Assembly (NCBI GenBank): GCA_022842745.1
Contig: JALHPA010000001.1
Span: forward strand, 1 to 41,008
Length of the DNA: 41,008 nt
Direction of reading: 5' to 3'
Source: Pirellulales bacterium
GTDB lineage: Bacteria > Planctomycetota > Planctomycetia > Pirellulales > JALHPA01
Numbering within the stretch: the stretch's first letter is position 1; the number at the start of each line of letters is the position of its first letter. Of this stretch, positions 9,304 to 18,718 are shown in pieces. Below the pieces are notes generated by a model. It made no database searches and was not told the DNA's origin. It worked only from the letters and a program-made list of their open reading frames with translations. A program made the translations under genes and the position numbers.

Positions 9304-12141
9304 ATGACTATCGATAGCGACCAAGCAAGGTGCCAGTCGCCGAGATCTCCGTTCCGCCGGAGACATTGCTGGGTATTGGCCCGAGTCTTGTTTTGTGGGG
9401 TAGTCTCGTGGTTGGTTGAAAACTCGGTATATGGCGAGCAGCCTAGCCAGGCGGCCCCCGTGGACTATTTGCGGCAAGTGAAGCCACTGCTGAAGTCCCG
9501 ATGTTATGCCTGTCACGGAGTTCTGAAGCAGGAATCCGGGTTGCGGCTGGATAGCAGTGAGTTCATCCGCCGTGGCGGAGAAAGCGGGCCGGCGATCGCA
9601 CCGGGCAAGTCGCAGAGCAGCTTACTCATTTCCGCGATCACGGGGACCAACGATGTCACCCTCATGCCGCAAGAGGGGAAGCGGCTAGAGCCGGAACAAG
9701 TCGCACTATTGCGCGATTGGATCGACCAAGGGGCCGTGGCGCCACCAGATTTGCCGCCACCCGACCCACGGGACCATTGGGCGTTCCGGCCGCCAATTCG
9801 CCCGCCAATTCCGGATGGCGCTGGCTTGGGCCGGTCGTTGAATCCCATCGATGCATTTGTTGACCGGACGATCCAGCAACAGGGACTGCGTCCGCTGCCT
9901 CCGGCCCCGCCTCACGTACTTTTGCGGCGGGTTTACATCGACCTGGTCGGAATACCTCCCTCGCGAGACGAATTGCGCGCATTTTTGAGCGACCGAGAGG
10001 AAGGGGCCTATGAACGGGCCGTCGATCGGCTGCTGGCCAGCCCGCAATATGGCGAGCGATGGGCGCGGCATTGGATGGACGTCTGGCGGTATAGCGATTG
10101 GGACGGATGGCAGGCGGAAATTCGCGAGAGCCAGCCGCATTTGTGGCGGTGGAGGGATTGGATCATAGAATCCCTGAACTCGGACCAGCCTTACGACCGG
10201 ATGGTGCGGGAGATGATTGCTGGCGATGAGCTGGCGGGGGATGATCCCAACATCGTGCGGGCCACAGGCTATTTGGCCCGCAACTGGTTTAAGTTCAACC
10301 GGAATACCTGGTTGGACAACACGGTCGAGCACACAGGCAAGGCCTTTTTGGGGGTCACGTTAAACTGTGCACGCTGCCACGATCATAAATACGACCCTAT
10401 ACTGCAGGAAGAATACTACCGTTTCCGTGCGATCTTCGAGCCGCATCAAGTACGGGTGGAGAGGTTGCCGGGCGTGCAAGACACGAACCACACCGGACTC
10501 GCGCGGGTGTTTGACGCAGATTCCGGAGCGCCAACCTTTCTTTTCAAGCGCGGAAACGAAAATCAGCCCGATCGAGAGCGACCGCTTGCCCCTGCCGCGC
10601 CCGCGATCTTGGGAGGGACCACGCTGGCGATAGCGCCGGTGACATTGCCACAGGCGGCTGTTTATCCCGGCGGGCGGGACTTCGTCCATGCAGAGGCGCG
10701 AGCTCAAGCGAAAACAGATTTGGAGGCAGCACGGCGTGAATTGCATGAGTTGACATCAGCGCGTCCTCGTTCCGAATCCGACGGCAAAGAAAAGCCTCAG
10801 ACCAATCGAGACGCATCTCCGATGCGCGCCAATGACGGCTCTCCAATCACGTTCGCCGCTGCCGCGATGAAGTTGGCGATTGCCGAGCAGGCATCGAGGA
10901 TCATCGAAGCGCGGATACTCGCCGACAAAGCCTTAATCGATCAATCCGCGGACGCTACGAATCTGGCGAAAGCCGCCCATACCGAAGAAGCACGCTTGGC
11001 CTACATGAAAGCGGAGCAGGCGCTCGCCGACGCCGAGGCCAATGTCAACCGATTGAGGACAGCGAAAAATTCCGAACCAGATGGTCATAAACCCGACCCC
11101 GCCGCCGCCGAAAAGACGGGCAAGGAGTTGGCGGACGCCGAAAAGAAGCTCGACGAATCACTTAAGGCCCGCGACGCCGCGCGGGAAGCGGTCGGTCAGC
11201 CGAAGGAGCAATTCACCCGATTCAGTGAAGTATATCCGAGCACAAGCACCGGTCGCCGGTTGGCTCTCGCCCGCTGGATTACCGATCGATCGAACCCGCT
11301 CGCTGCGCGTGTGGCGGTCAATCACATTTGGCTGCGGCACTTCAACAATCCGCTGGTTCCGACGGTGTTCGATTTTGGGTTGAACGGGCAGCATCCCAGT
11401 CACCCGGAGCTGCTGGACTGGCTGGCCGTTGAGTTTATGGAGAGCGGATGGAGCATGAAGCATTTGCATCGGCTGATGGTGAGTAGCCGGGTCTACCAGC
11501 GGATGTCGTCGGCCGTTGGTTCGGATGCCGAATTCAATGCGGGAAAAGATCCGTCAAATCGCCTACTGTGGCGAATGAACCCGCGGCGATTGGAGGCCGA
11601 GGCAGTACGGGACAGTACTCTGGCGGTGGCTGGGCAGCTCGATCGGACAATGTACGGCGCTGACCTCGATCCGGAATTGGGCATGACCTCGGGCCGGCGA
11701 AGTATCTATTTTCGTACCAGCAAAGAGAAAGGAATGTCGTTTTTGTCTCTGTTCGATAGCGCAAACGTGACCGATTGCTACCGTCGCAGCGTAAGCGTGG
11801 TCCCGCAACAGGCTCTGGCCATGGCGAATAGCCCCTTGACGCTTGCTCAATCGCGCGCGTTGGCGAAAGCCATTAGCAATGACGACAAAATCGCATCCGG
11901 ACTGGAATTCATCGACGAGGCGTTCTGGCGGATTCTCTGCCGGGCCCCAACCTCCGAAGAGCGGCGCGAGTGTGAGGCGTTTCTCGTCGAGCAAGCGACC
12001 CTTTTAGGTCAAACCGATGGATTGACTAGCTTTGGCTCTTCGCCCGCCGGTATGCCTCCGGCCGGCGAGCCCTCGCTAAGGGCGAGGGAGAGTCTGATCC
12101 ATGTGTTGTTGAATCACAACGATTTCCTGACGGTGCGGTAG
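9304..12141 (+). CDS. PSCyt / DUF1549 / DUF1553 domain protein (planctomycete cytochrome-c-like N-terminus)
   Basis: 945-aa ORF with a haem-binding-type motif LKSRCYACHGVLKQESGLRLDS near the N-terminus. The DUF1549-like block is IDAFVD...LLRRVYIDLVGIPPS..E...FL. The DUF1553-like C-terminus is RRSIYFRTSKE...LSLFDSANVTDCYRRSVSVVPQQALAMANSP. Confidence 0.85.
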   Translation: MTIDSDQARCQSPRSPFRRRHCWVLARVLFCGVVSWLVENSVYGEQPSQAAPVDYLRQVKPLLKSRCYACHGVLKQESGLRLDSSEFIRRGGESGPAIAPGKSQSSLLISAITGTNDVTLMPQEGKRLEPEQVALLRDWIDQGAVAPPDLPPPDPRDHWAFRPPIRPPIPDGAGLGRSLNPIDAFVDRTIQQQGLRPLPPAPPHVLLRRVYIDLVGIPPSRDELRAFLSDREEGAYERAVDRLLASPQYGERWARHWMDVWRYSDWDGWQAEIRESQPHLWRWRDWIIESLNSDQPYDRMVREMIAGDELAGDDPNIVRATGYLARNWFKFNRNTWLDNTVEHTGKAFLGVTLNCARCHDHKYDPILQEEYYRFRAIFEPHQVRVERLPGVQDTNHTGLARVFDADSGAPTFLFKRGNENQPDRERPLAPAAPAILGGTTLAIAPVTLPQAAVYPGGRDFVHAEARAQAKTDLEAARRELHELTSARPRSESDGKEKPQTNRDASPMRANDGSPITFAAAAMKLAIAEQASRIIEARILADKALIDQSADATNLAKAAHTEEARLAYMKAEQALADAEANVNRLRTAKNSEPDGHKPDPAAAEKTGKELADAEKKLDESLKARDAAREAVGQPKEQFTRFSEVYPSTSTGRRLALARWITDRSNPLAARVAVNHIWLRHFNNPLVPTVFDFGLNGQHPSHPELLDWLAVEFMESGWSMKHLHRLMVSSRVYQRMSSAVGSDAEFNAGKDPSNRLLWRMNPRRLEAEAVRDSTLAVAGQLDRTMYGADLDPELGMTSGRRSIYFRTSKEKGMSFLSLFDSANVTDCYRRSVSVVPQQALAMANSPLTLAQSRALAKAISNDDKIASGLEFIDEAFWRILCRAPTSEERRECEAFLVEQATLLGQTDGLTSFGSSPAGMPPAGEPSLRARESLIHVLLNHNDFLTVR

Positions 12142-12222
12142 GGGCTTTGTACGGCGGAGGCTTGGAACTTGGGGGCCGGGTTGGATCGACAACCAACCAC
12201 GCGGTCTGGGATTGGCCGACGG

Positions 12223-13020
12223 CTACCGTTGCAGGCATTCAGCCAGCGAGGCGTTGAATTGGGCTGGGTTCTCAAGTGGGGTCATGTGGCCTGAATCGCC
12301 GACTACGGCCAGGCGAGCATTCGGAATGGAAGCGGTCCACTCGCGCATTTCCTGGGGAGGAGAGATCACGTCGTGCTCGCCCACGATCGAAAGGGTCGGG
12401 CAAGCGATTTGCGGCAACCAGGACCGAACGTCGGGCCGTTCTGCCATTCCCTGTAGCGCCCCGGCAATGCCTTGCACGTCGGTGGTTTCCATAACGCGAC
12501 GGGTGGCCGTTACATACTCGGCGTTCTTGGCGATTGCGTCTGGTCCGAACAGCTTCGGCAACATCGCGTCCGCGACGATGGTCGCTCCTTGCTTGAGCAC
12601 TCGCTGGGCCAGATCCCTGCGACCGGCCGCCTGTTCCGGGGTGTCGGCCGCTGCCCTGGTGTCGCAGGCGACCAGCGCCGATAGCCGGTGCGGATAGCAC
12701 ATGGCAAACTGCCAGCCGATGTAGCCGCCCATCGATAAACCACAGAACGTTACCGGGACATTTACCCCCAGTGCGTCGAGTAACTTGGCAAGATCCTCGG
12801 AAAATTGGGCCATCGTAACGACCCCGGGGGTCACGTCGCTGGCGCCAAATCCGCGCAAATCGGGCGCGATCACACGGTACGATGCCGCGAAGACGCCGAT
12901 TTGCCCGCGCCACATCGAATGGTCGAGGGGAAAACCATGAACCAACAGCAGCGGCGCTCCATTACCCTCGACCTCAACAGCCAGTTTTACGCCGCCGACG
13001 GAAACGTGTTGGATCGGCAT
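12223..13020 (-). CDS. alpha/beta hydrolase fold protein
   Basis: HGFPLDHSMW (oxyanion HG), nucleophile elbow GLSMGG and C-terminal GDSGHM (catalytic His). I place the start at ATG 13020 (MPIQH), which has GAGGAAG 6 nt upstream. The longest ORF extends to 13095. Confidence 0.8.
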   Translation of the reverse strand: MPIQHVSVGGVKLAVEVEGNGAPLLLVHGFPLDHSMWRGQIGVFAASYRVIAPDLRGFGASDVTPGVVTMAQFSEDLAKLLDALGVNVPVTFCGLSMGGYIGWQFAMCYPHRLSALVACDTRAAADTPEQAAGRRDLAQRVLKQGATIVADAMLPKLFGPDAIAKNAEYVTATRRVMETTDVQGIAGALQGMAERPDVRSWLPQIACPTLSIVGEHDVISPPQEMREWTASIPNARLAVVGDSGHMTPLENPAQFNASLAECLQR

Positions 13021-13104
13021 GGATTGCTTCCTCATCGAACCGCCAGGGAACTCGTCAGATTTCGCAGCCCGCTTGGAACCGGCCAGCGCCGTCAATTGCG
13101 GATG

Positions 13105-14946
13105 TTACTTTCCGCCCCGCTGTTTTTCCTCGGCCGCTTTGAACCGCTCATAATTGCGGCGCATTTCCTGGGAATGTGGCTCCAGCTCAATCGCTTTCGC
13201 TTGCTGCCGGACCGCTTCCGCGTAGTTTTTCTTGGCCGCGAAGCAATGGGCCAGCGTATCAATGTACCCTGCAGCGCCTGGTGAAAGCTCCAGCGAACGC
13301 TGGGAGAATCGCAGCGCCAAATCGAAATCTCCCTCAGTGTTGGCAATCAACCACGCGAATTGGTTGTAGGCAGTCGATTCCTCGGGCGAGTTGTTAATCT
13401 GCAAGCGAAACTGATCCGCCGCGTATTGGATGGCTTGCATGATCCGCTTGTGCTCTGCGGGCGTAAGATTCGATTGTCGATACATGGCGATAAGCACGTC
13501 GGCATCGGTCGGATCGGCCTGAAGAGCCCGGTTTAACGCGTCGCGCTGCTTGGCCGTGTCTCCGGCGCGTTTGTGGACCATTGCTTGGAGGTAGTGGTAC
13601 TTCGAACGGATGCTGGCCGGACTGCGCGAGAACCGTCCCTCGATCATGCCGCGGATATTTGCGTCGTTCTGCAGCAAGTCGAATGCCGGCGCAAGCGCAT
13701 CAACCGCCTCTTCGATTCGATCTTGATCCTGCAAGAGGTCCGTGAGCCAGAGTCGGGCGACAAATGGACCCAAGTCATTGGTCTGCGGGCGCTGCGGAAG
13801 TTGAATCACATGGCGGTATTCGCGCTCGGCCCAAGCAGCGCGGCCCCGATGGTGCAACCAATAACCCACCTGAATGTGCGAGGTCGCATTTTGCGGGTCG
13901 ATGGAGAGCGCTTGGGACGCCAATTGGTTGGCCAGGGCTTCGTTGCCCTGCAGGCGCCTGGCATCGGCCAAGACGTACAACAATTGAGGATTATTTTGGA
14001 ATACATGGTCGAAGCGGCTCAACACCGGTTCGATCAATTCCCAAGCCTCCTGCTGCGTAATCCACTCCATCAACTTCGTGAGCGAACCGGGATCGCCAGA
14101 ATCAAATTCCAACGCTTTGCGCATTACCGCCACCGCGCGGTCCCGTTCCCGCGATTCGATTAACAGAGCAATCTGTTGACGCAATAGGGCGGCAACTATT
14201 TCCCGCTGCTCTTGCGTGGACCGTTTGGCCAACAACCGCAGTTCGGTTTCCACCAGTCGTTCCAACGCCAAGAGCGTGCCTGTCGGGTCGGATGGGTAAC
14301 CGGCCAGCGTTTTCAACCAGATCGCACCCGGCCGCTGGCTCAGCCGGAGATTCGCCAGCAGAATCTTGGAGCGTTGCGGCCACAGCGCCGATGCCCGCGG
14401 CTGTTCGAGAATCAGGATTGCCCCCTGTTTCGACAGATCTTCCGATTGTTCGAAGCGGACGAGCCGGCACAGGGCAGGCAGACCGGCGTCATCCCCCAGT
14501 TTGGCTAGTTGCCGCATCCGACTGAGCCGATCGGTTTCCGGCTGGTCGTCGTAATCCTTCAATAGTTCGCGCACTTCAGGCGTGCGGCTTTCCAAGGTCC
14601 AGTCGCGGCGGATCGATTGCACCAAATGCCCCGCGCGCGTGCGCACTTCCAAGTCCCGATGGGTTTGAGCCGCATCGAGAGCCTCAAAGACGGCCGAGCC
14701 TAACGTTGCCAGGCGGTTCTCCGCCCGCGCCCGGATTGCATAGCGCGGATCGCCAAGCTGCTCGATCCACTGGGCCACCTGCGCGGCAAGCCTTTCATCG
14801 TCGCCGTGCAGGTCCACGGCCGCATCCTTGACGCCGTCAGCCAGACACGGCCGTGCAAGCGCGGCAACGTGCGCGCCGATCCCCAGCCCCGCAAGCGACA
14901 AGAACCGGCAAACAAGTGAACGTCGCAGCGCGCTCGTGCCAAACAT
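13105..14946 (-). CDS. secreted HEAT/TPR-repeat protein
   Basis: 613-aa ORF with a signal-like N-terminus (FLSLAGLGIGAHVAALA). HEAT-like segment: QLGDPRYAIRARAENRLATLG. C-terminal TPR-like repeats: ALNRALQADPTDADVLIAMY; AEAVRQQAKAIELEPHSQEM. Confidence 0.7.
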   Translation of the reverse strand: MFGTSALRRSLVCRFLSLAGLGIGAHVAALARPCLADGVKDAAVDLHGDDERLAAQVAQWIEQLGDPRYAIRARAENRLATLGSAVFEALDAAQTHRDLEVRTRAGHLVQSIRRDWTLESRTPEVRELLKDYDDQPETDRLSRMRQLAKLGDDAGLPALCRLVRFEQSEDLSKQGAILILEQPRASALWPQRSKILLANLRLSQRPGAIWLKTLAGYPSDPTGTLLALERLVETELRLLAKRSTQEQREIVAALLRQQIALLIESRERDRAVAVMRKALEFDSGDPGSLTKLMEWITQQEAWELIEPVLSRFDHVFQNNPQLLYVLADARRLQGNEALANQLASQALSIDPQNATSHIQVGYWLHHRGRAAWAEREYRHVIQLPQRPQTNDLGPFVARLWLTDLLQDQDRIEEAVDALAPAFDLLQNDANIRGMIEGRFSRSPASIRSKYHYLQAMVHKRAGDTAKQRDALNRALQADPTDADVLIAMYRQSNLTPAEHKRIMQAIQYAADQFRLQINNSPEESTAYNQFAWLIANTEGDFDLALRFSQRSLELSPGAAGYIDTLAHCFAAKKNYAEAVRQQAKAIELEPHSQEMRRNYERFKAAEEKQRGGK

Positions 14947-14995
14947 ATTGCCGACCTCTTTGGCTTGGCTTTTCCGGCGCTTGAGGGACAGCAGG

Positions 14996-15436
14996 CTATG
15001 GACAGTTGCCGCAGTGCCCTTTTAGAAGCACCTCGGTGACATCGCGAATCGAGGACTGCCGACTGCCGGGGGAGGGGGTAATGTTAACGCTCAAGCTCGG
15101 CAAGCAAGATACTTCCCCGCAATCCACGCACACGAAATGCGGATGATCGGCCGACGTCTCGCCCGCACGCTTAATCTCGAACCGCCAAACGTGGTCACCC
15201 AGCTCGATTCTTGACACCAGCCCGGCTTCCGTCAGTTCCGTCAGATTGCGGTAGATGGTGGCCCGATCAAACCCCTTGGGCGCCAACGCATCCGCCACGT
15301 CGCCATGGCTCAGCGGACTCACGGCGTCCACCAACTGTTGCATAACCCAGAGCCGTGCCGCGGTGCAGCGGAGCCCCGCTTCGCGCAGGCGTAACCGCAC
15401 CTTGTCGAGCGAAGGCTCGGCTTTGGATTTGCTCAT
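14996..15436 (-). CDS. Fur family transcriptional regulator (metal specificity unknown)
   Basis: Winged-helix region (TAARLWVMQQL...RATIYRNLTELTEAGLV) plus two Cys pairs (FVCVDCGEV and HCGNC) typical of the Fur-family structural Zn site. GGGAG lies 5 nt before ATG 15436. The ORF track extends to 15463. Confidence 0.8.
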   Translation of the reverse strand: MSKSKAEPSLDKVRLRLREAGLRCTAARLWVMQQLVDAVSPLSHGDVADALAPKGFDRATIYRNLTELTEAGLVSRIELGDHVWRFEIKRAGETSADHPHFVCVDCGEVSCLPSLSVNITPSPGSRQSSIRDVTEVLLKGHCGNCP

Positions 15437-15507
15437 TACCGCTCCCACAGAAAGAGACCTCATGCAATTTTAACACGTGCCGACGGGGTCGACTACGGGA
15501 GAGGCGG

Positions 15508-15530
15508 GGGCAAAGCGTCGACTTTTGCCC
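15508..15530. promoter_or_regulatory. hairpin / palindromic element in the fur-ABC divergent intergenic region
   Basis: GGGCAAA-gcgtcgact-TTTGCCC: 7-bp arms with GTCGAC near the centre. Confidence 0.3.
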
Positions 15531-15577
15531 TGGAGCGATGCTATTTCGAGCTTTTCGGTGGATGCGGTTTCCCCTTT

Positions 15578-15617
15578 GGCAGTGGGTGAATGCCGCTGGC
15601 AGTGGGTGAATGCCGCT
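15578..15617. repeat. exact 20-bp tandem duplication (candidate operator array)
   Basis: GGCAGTGGGTGAATGCCGCT occurs twice head-to-tail (15578..15597 and 15598..15617). Each unit contains the inverted repeat GGCA-N9-TGCC. Degenerate core copies flank it at 15557..15567 and 15626..15636. Confidence 0.9.
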
Positions 15618-15639
15618 CGTCGATGGGCGAATGGCGTTC

Positions 15640-15645
15640 TATAAT
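15640..15645 (+). promoter_or_regulatory. candidate -10 box (TATAAT) predicting a leaderless transcript for the ABC ATPase gene
   Basis: Perfect TATAAT ends 7 nt before ATG 15653. There is no purine-rich Shine-Dalgarno in between. Confidence 0.4.
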
Positions 15646-15652
15646 CTGCCAA

Positions 15653-16648
15653 ATGCCAGTCATCGAGATCGTCGGTCTTTCCAAAACCTACCGGGTGTAC
15701 CAGAAGCGGGAGGGAATACGCGCTTCCTTGGCGGGGCTGTTCCGGCGCGAGTATCGGACGGTGGAGGCTGTCCGGCAGATTGATCTGGCAGTGGATCAGG
15801 GGGAATTCGTCGCATTTCTCGGTCCCAATGGCGCCGGCAAGACCACCACCCTGAAGCTGCTATCGGGCGTTATTACACCCACCAGCGGCACGGCTCAGGT
15901 GCTTGGCCACGTGCCTTGGAAGCGAGAGAACGCTTATCGGCGCCGGTTTGCGCTGGTGATGGGGCAAAAGAATCAACTTTGGTGGGACTTGCCGGCGCAG
16001 GAGTCCTTTCGCCTGCACCAGGAGATTTACCGCCTCGATCCGGCCCAATTCGAACGTACCCGGGATGAGCTCACCGATTTGCTGGATGTGGGCAGATTGC
16101 TGGGTCGTCCGGTCCGCGAGTTGTCGTTGGGCGAGCGGATGAAGATGGAGCTGATCGCAGCCTTGCTCCATTCGCCGGAGGTGCTGTTTCTCGACGAGCC
16201 CACCATTGGCTTGGACGTCATCGCGCAGCACAACATTCAAAAGTTCCTTCGCCACTATCAGCAGTTGCGCAAGATCACGATCTTATTGACCAGCCACTAT
16301 ATGAAGGACGTGGCCGCGCTGTGCCGCCGCGTGATAATCATCGCCCACGGGCAGATCATGTACGACGGTTCGCTGTCGGGGATCATCGACCGATTCAGCG
16401 GCCACAAGGTCGTCACGATCCAGCTAGCGGAAGACGATCTTAGCGATCTAAGCCGCTATGGCGAGCTGCTCGAGGCGACTCCGCCCAAGGTCCGGTTGAA
16501 AATCGATCGGCAGAACGTCCCAGAAGTCTTGGCTGGCATTTTGGCCAATCATACGGTGGAGGACGTGAGCGTCGAGGATCCGCCTCTGGAAGAGGTCATT
16601 GCCGAGTTATTCGCACAGGCTAACCAGCAGGCTTCGTCCGTCGTGTAA
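15653..16648 (+). CDS. ABC transporter ATP-binding protein of the type that partners ABC-2 permeases (COG4586-like), with an extra C-terminal domain
   Basis: [40 protein letters not shown]..., Walker [11 protein letters not shown], signature [15 protein letters not shown], Walker [13 protein letters not shown] use the internal ATG 15653 because homologues of this type begin right at the beta-strand IEI..L.K.Y. The ORF track begins at 15590, inside the repeat array. Confidence 0.8.
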   Translation: MPVIEIVGLSKTYRVYQKREGIRASLAGLFRREYRTVEAVRQIDLAVDQGEFVAFLGPNGAGKTTTLKLLSGVITPTSGTAQVLGHVPWKRENAYRRRFALVMGQKNQLWWDLPAQESFRLHQEIYRLDPAQFERTRDELTDLLDVGRLLGRPVRELSLGERMKMELIAALLHSPEVLFLDEPTIGLDVIAQHNIQKFLRHYQQLRKITILLTSHYMKDVAALCRRVIIIAHGQIMYDGSLSGIIDRFSGHKVVTIQLAEDDLSDLSRYGELLEATPPKVRLKIDRQNVPEVLAGILANHTVEDVSVEDPPLEEVIAELFAQANQQASSVV

Positions 16649-16847
16649 GGCGGCGTTGGCTAAGCCGCGCCGCGACCAGACAGAAGTCCGCCGAGATGGC
16701 TGCGAACCTCGACACAGCACTGCAAGACCGCGATAATTGTCAGGGAGGAAAGGTTGCGTTTGACGGAAGTTCGACTTGGAGCCGTCTAGCGGGAGTTGAG
16801 TGCTTCCGTTCCCCCCACCTTGGAACGTTGGTTTTGCCAACTCCTGA

Positions 16848-18155
16848 ATGGATGCGTCGGATCAGCCCTCGATTGGATGCGCGATGGATTTGTTGAAGTC
16901 ATTGCCTCTGGAACATGCGGAAAGCCAGCCCACGGACTGGGCAGAGGAGGCCGTTCGCGCGGATTTTCCAATTCTGGCAACTCATTACAACGGCCAGCAG
17001 TTGGTGTATTTGGACAGCGCTTCGACCACGCAGAAGCCGCAGTCGGTCATAGACGCCTTGGTGGCGTATTATTGGTCCAGCAATGCCAACGTCCACCGTG
17101 GCATCTATCGCCTGAGCCTGGAAGCCACGCGACATTTTGACGCCGCCCGCCTCAAGGTGATGTCGTTTCTCAATGCTCGCGAAGCCGGTGAAATCGTTTT
17201 TGTTCGCGGATCGACCGAAGGAATCAACCTGGTAGCCGACTCGTTCGGCCGTCACCGCGTAGGCCCAGGCGACGAAATCCTCGTTTCCGCGATGGAACAC
17301 CACGCCAACATTGTTCCCTGGCAGGTTTTTTGCGAGCGGCAAGGGGCAAAATTGCAAGTGGCGCCCATCGACGATCAGGGTGAATTGATCTGGGACGAGC
17401 TGAATCGGTTGATCACCGACCGCACAAAACTTGTAGCCGTGGTCCATGTCTCGAACACGCTGGGGACCATTAACCCCATTCGAAAGATTGTCGACCTGGC
17501 TCATCAGCGCGGGGCAGTCGTTTTGGTCGATGGCGCCCAAGCGGCGCCGCATCTCAAAATCGACGTGCAATCGCTCGGTTGCGATTTCTACGTGATCTCG
17601 GGGCACAAGGTGTATGGCCCGACGGGGATTGGCGCTCTCTACGGCAAGCGCGCGCTACTTGAGGCGATGCCGCCGTACCAGACGGGCGGGGATATGATCC
17701 GATCCGTCTCCTGGGATCGCACTACCTACAACTCGCCGCCGCAAAAGTTCGAGGCTGGAACCCCAGACATCGCCGGCGCGATCGGCTTGGGAGCGGCGAT
17801 CGACTATCTGCGGAAATTTCCCGTGGAGGCGATTGCGGGCCACGAACACGATTTGCTCGTCCGCGCGACCGACGGGCTATCGTCGATTCCGGGTTTGCGG
17901 ATCGTGGGCCAAGCTGCCGACAAAGCCGCCGTCCTGTCCTTTGTGCTCGACGGAGTCCACCCGCACGACATCGGCACGGTTCTCGACCAGCGCGGCATCG
18001 CCGTGCGGAGCGGGCATCACTGTACACAACCCCTGATGGATCGACTTGGAGTTCCAGGGACGACGCGGATGTCGTTTGGCTTGTACAATACCCGCGCGGA
18101 GGTCGACGCGGCGGTTCGTGCGGTTGCGGAAGTCAAGGAGCTGTTTCGGTGCTAA
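16848..18155 (+). CDS. sufS: cysteine desulfurase SufS
   Basis: RADFPIL...VYLDSASTTQKPQSVIDA...NVHRGIY, PLP-lysine region SGHKVYGPTGIGALYGK, active-site loop RSGHHCTQPLM. An alternative start is ATG 16884 (MDLLKS). Confidence 0.9.
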   Translation: MDASDQPSIGCAMDLLKSLPLEHAESQPTDWAEEAVRADFPILATHYNGQQLVYLDSASTTQKPQSVIDALVAYYWSSNANVHRGIYRLSLEATRHFDAARLKVMSFLNAREAGEIVFVRGSTEGINLVADSFGRHRVGPGDEILVSAMEHHANIVPWQVFCERQGAKLQVAPIDDQGELIWDELNRLITDRTKLVAVVHVSNTLGTINPIRKIVDLAHQRGAVVLVDGAQAAPHLKIDVQSLGCDFYVISGHKVYGPTGIGALYGKRALLEAMPPYQTGGDMIRSVSWDRTTYNSPPQKFEAGTPDIAGAIGLGAAIDYLRKFPVEAIAGHEHDLLVRATDGLSSIPGLRIVGQAADKAAVLSFVLDGVHPHDIGTVLDQRGIAVRSGHHCTQPLMDRLGVPGTTRMSFGLYNTRAEVDAAVRAVAEVKELFRC

Positions 18156-18622
18156 ACGACGAGCTCCGCGAACTCTACCAGGACGTGATTTTGGACCATC
18201 AGCGTTGCCCTCGCAACTTTGGCGCGCTGCCCGATGCGACCCACCGCGCGGAGGGTTTCAATCCGCTTTGCGGAGACCGGATTCTGCTTTCGCTGGAATT
18301 CGACGGCGAGCGGATTCGCCGCGTGATGTTTACCGGCGCCGGTTGTGCCATATCCACGGCGTCCGCTTCGCTATTGACCGACGCGCTTGTGGGCAACACG
18401 CTGGAGGAGGCCCAAGAGCTGTCGCGCCGCTTTCGAGCACTGGTCACAGGCCAAACGCCCTCGCCGACGGACTCCGCGAAGGACCTGCCGGCGCTCGACA
18501 AGTTGCGTCCGTTGGCTGGCGTGCGCCAGTTTCCGGTACGAGTGAAATGTGCGACGCTCCCGTGGCATACGTTGGAAAGCGCGATAAACGGCCAAGCCGA
18601 AGCCCCGGTCAGCACGGAATAA
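18149..18622 (+). CDS. sufU: SufU-type (IscU-like) sulfur acceptor / Fe-S assembly protein
   Basis: NPLCGDRILLSL...FTGAGCAISTASASLLTDAL...CATLPW. The GTG start overlaps the sufS stop (GTGCTAA). Confidence 0.85.
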   Translation: MLNDELRELYQDVILDHQRCPRNFGALPDATHRAEGFNPLCGDRILLSLEFDGERIRRVMFTGAGCAISTASASLLTDALVGNTLEEAQELSRRFRALVTGQTPSPTDSAKDLPALDKLRPLAGVRQFPVRVKCATLPWHTLESAINGQAEAPVSTE

Positions 18623-18638
18623 TCCGATACTGGCGTGG

Positions 18639-18668
18639 GGCGGATTCGCGCACGGCCCAGAATCCGCC
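18639..18668. terminator. hairpin between convergent sufU and the 75-aa gene
   Basis: GGCGGATTC (18639..18647) and GAATCCGCC (18660..18668) form a perfect 9-bp stem with a 12-nt loop. The adjacent tract is A6 on the + strand, so a classical U-tail is missing in both directions. Confidence 0.35.
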
Positions 18669-18718
18669 GCTAGCCAAAAAACCGGCGCACCTGCTTTCGA
18701 CGCGATTGCGAGCGATTC

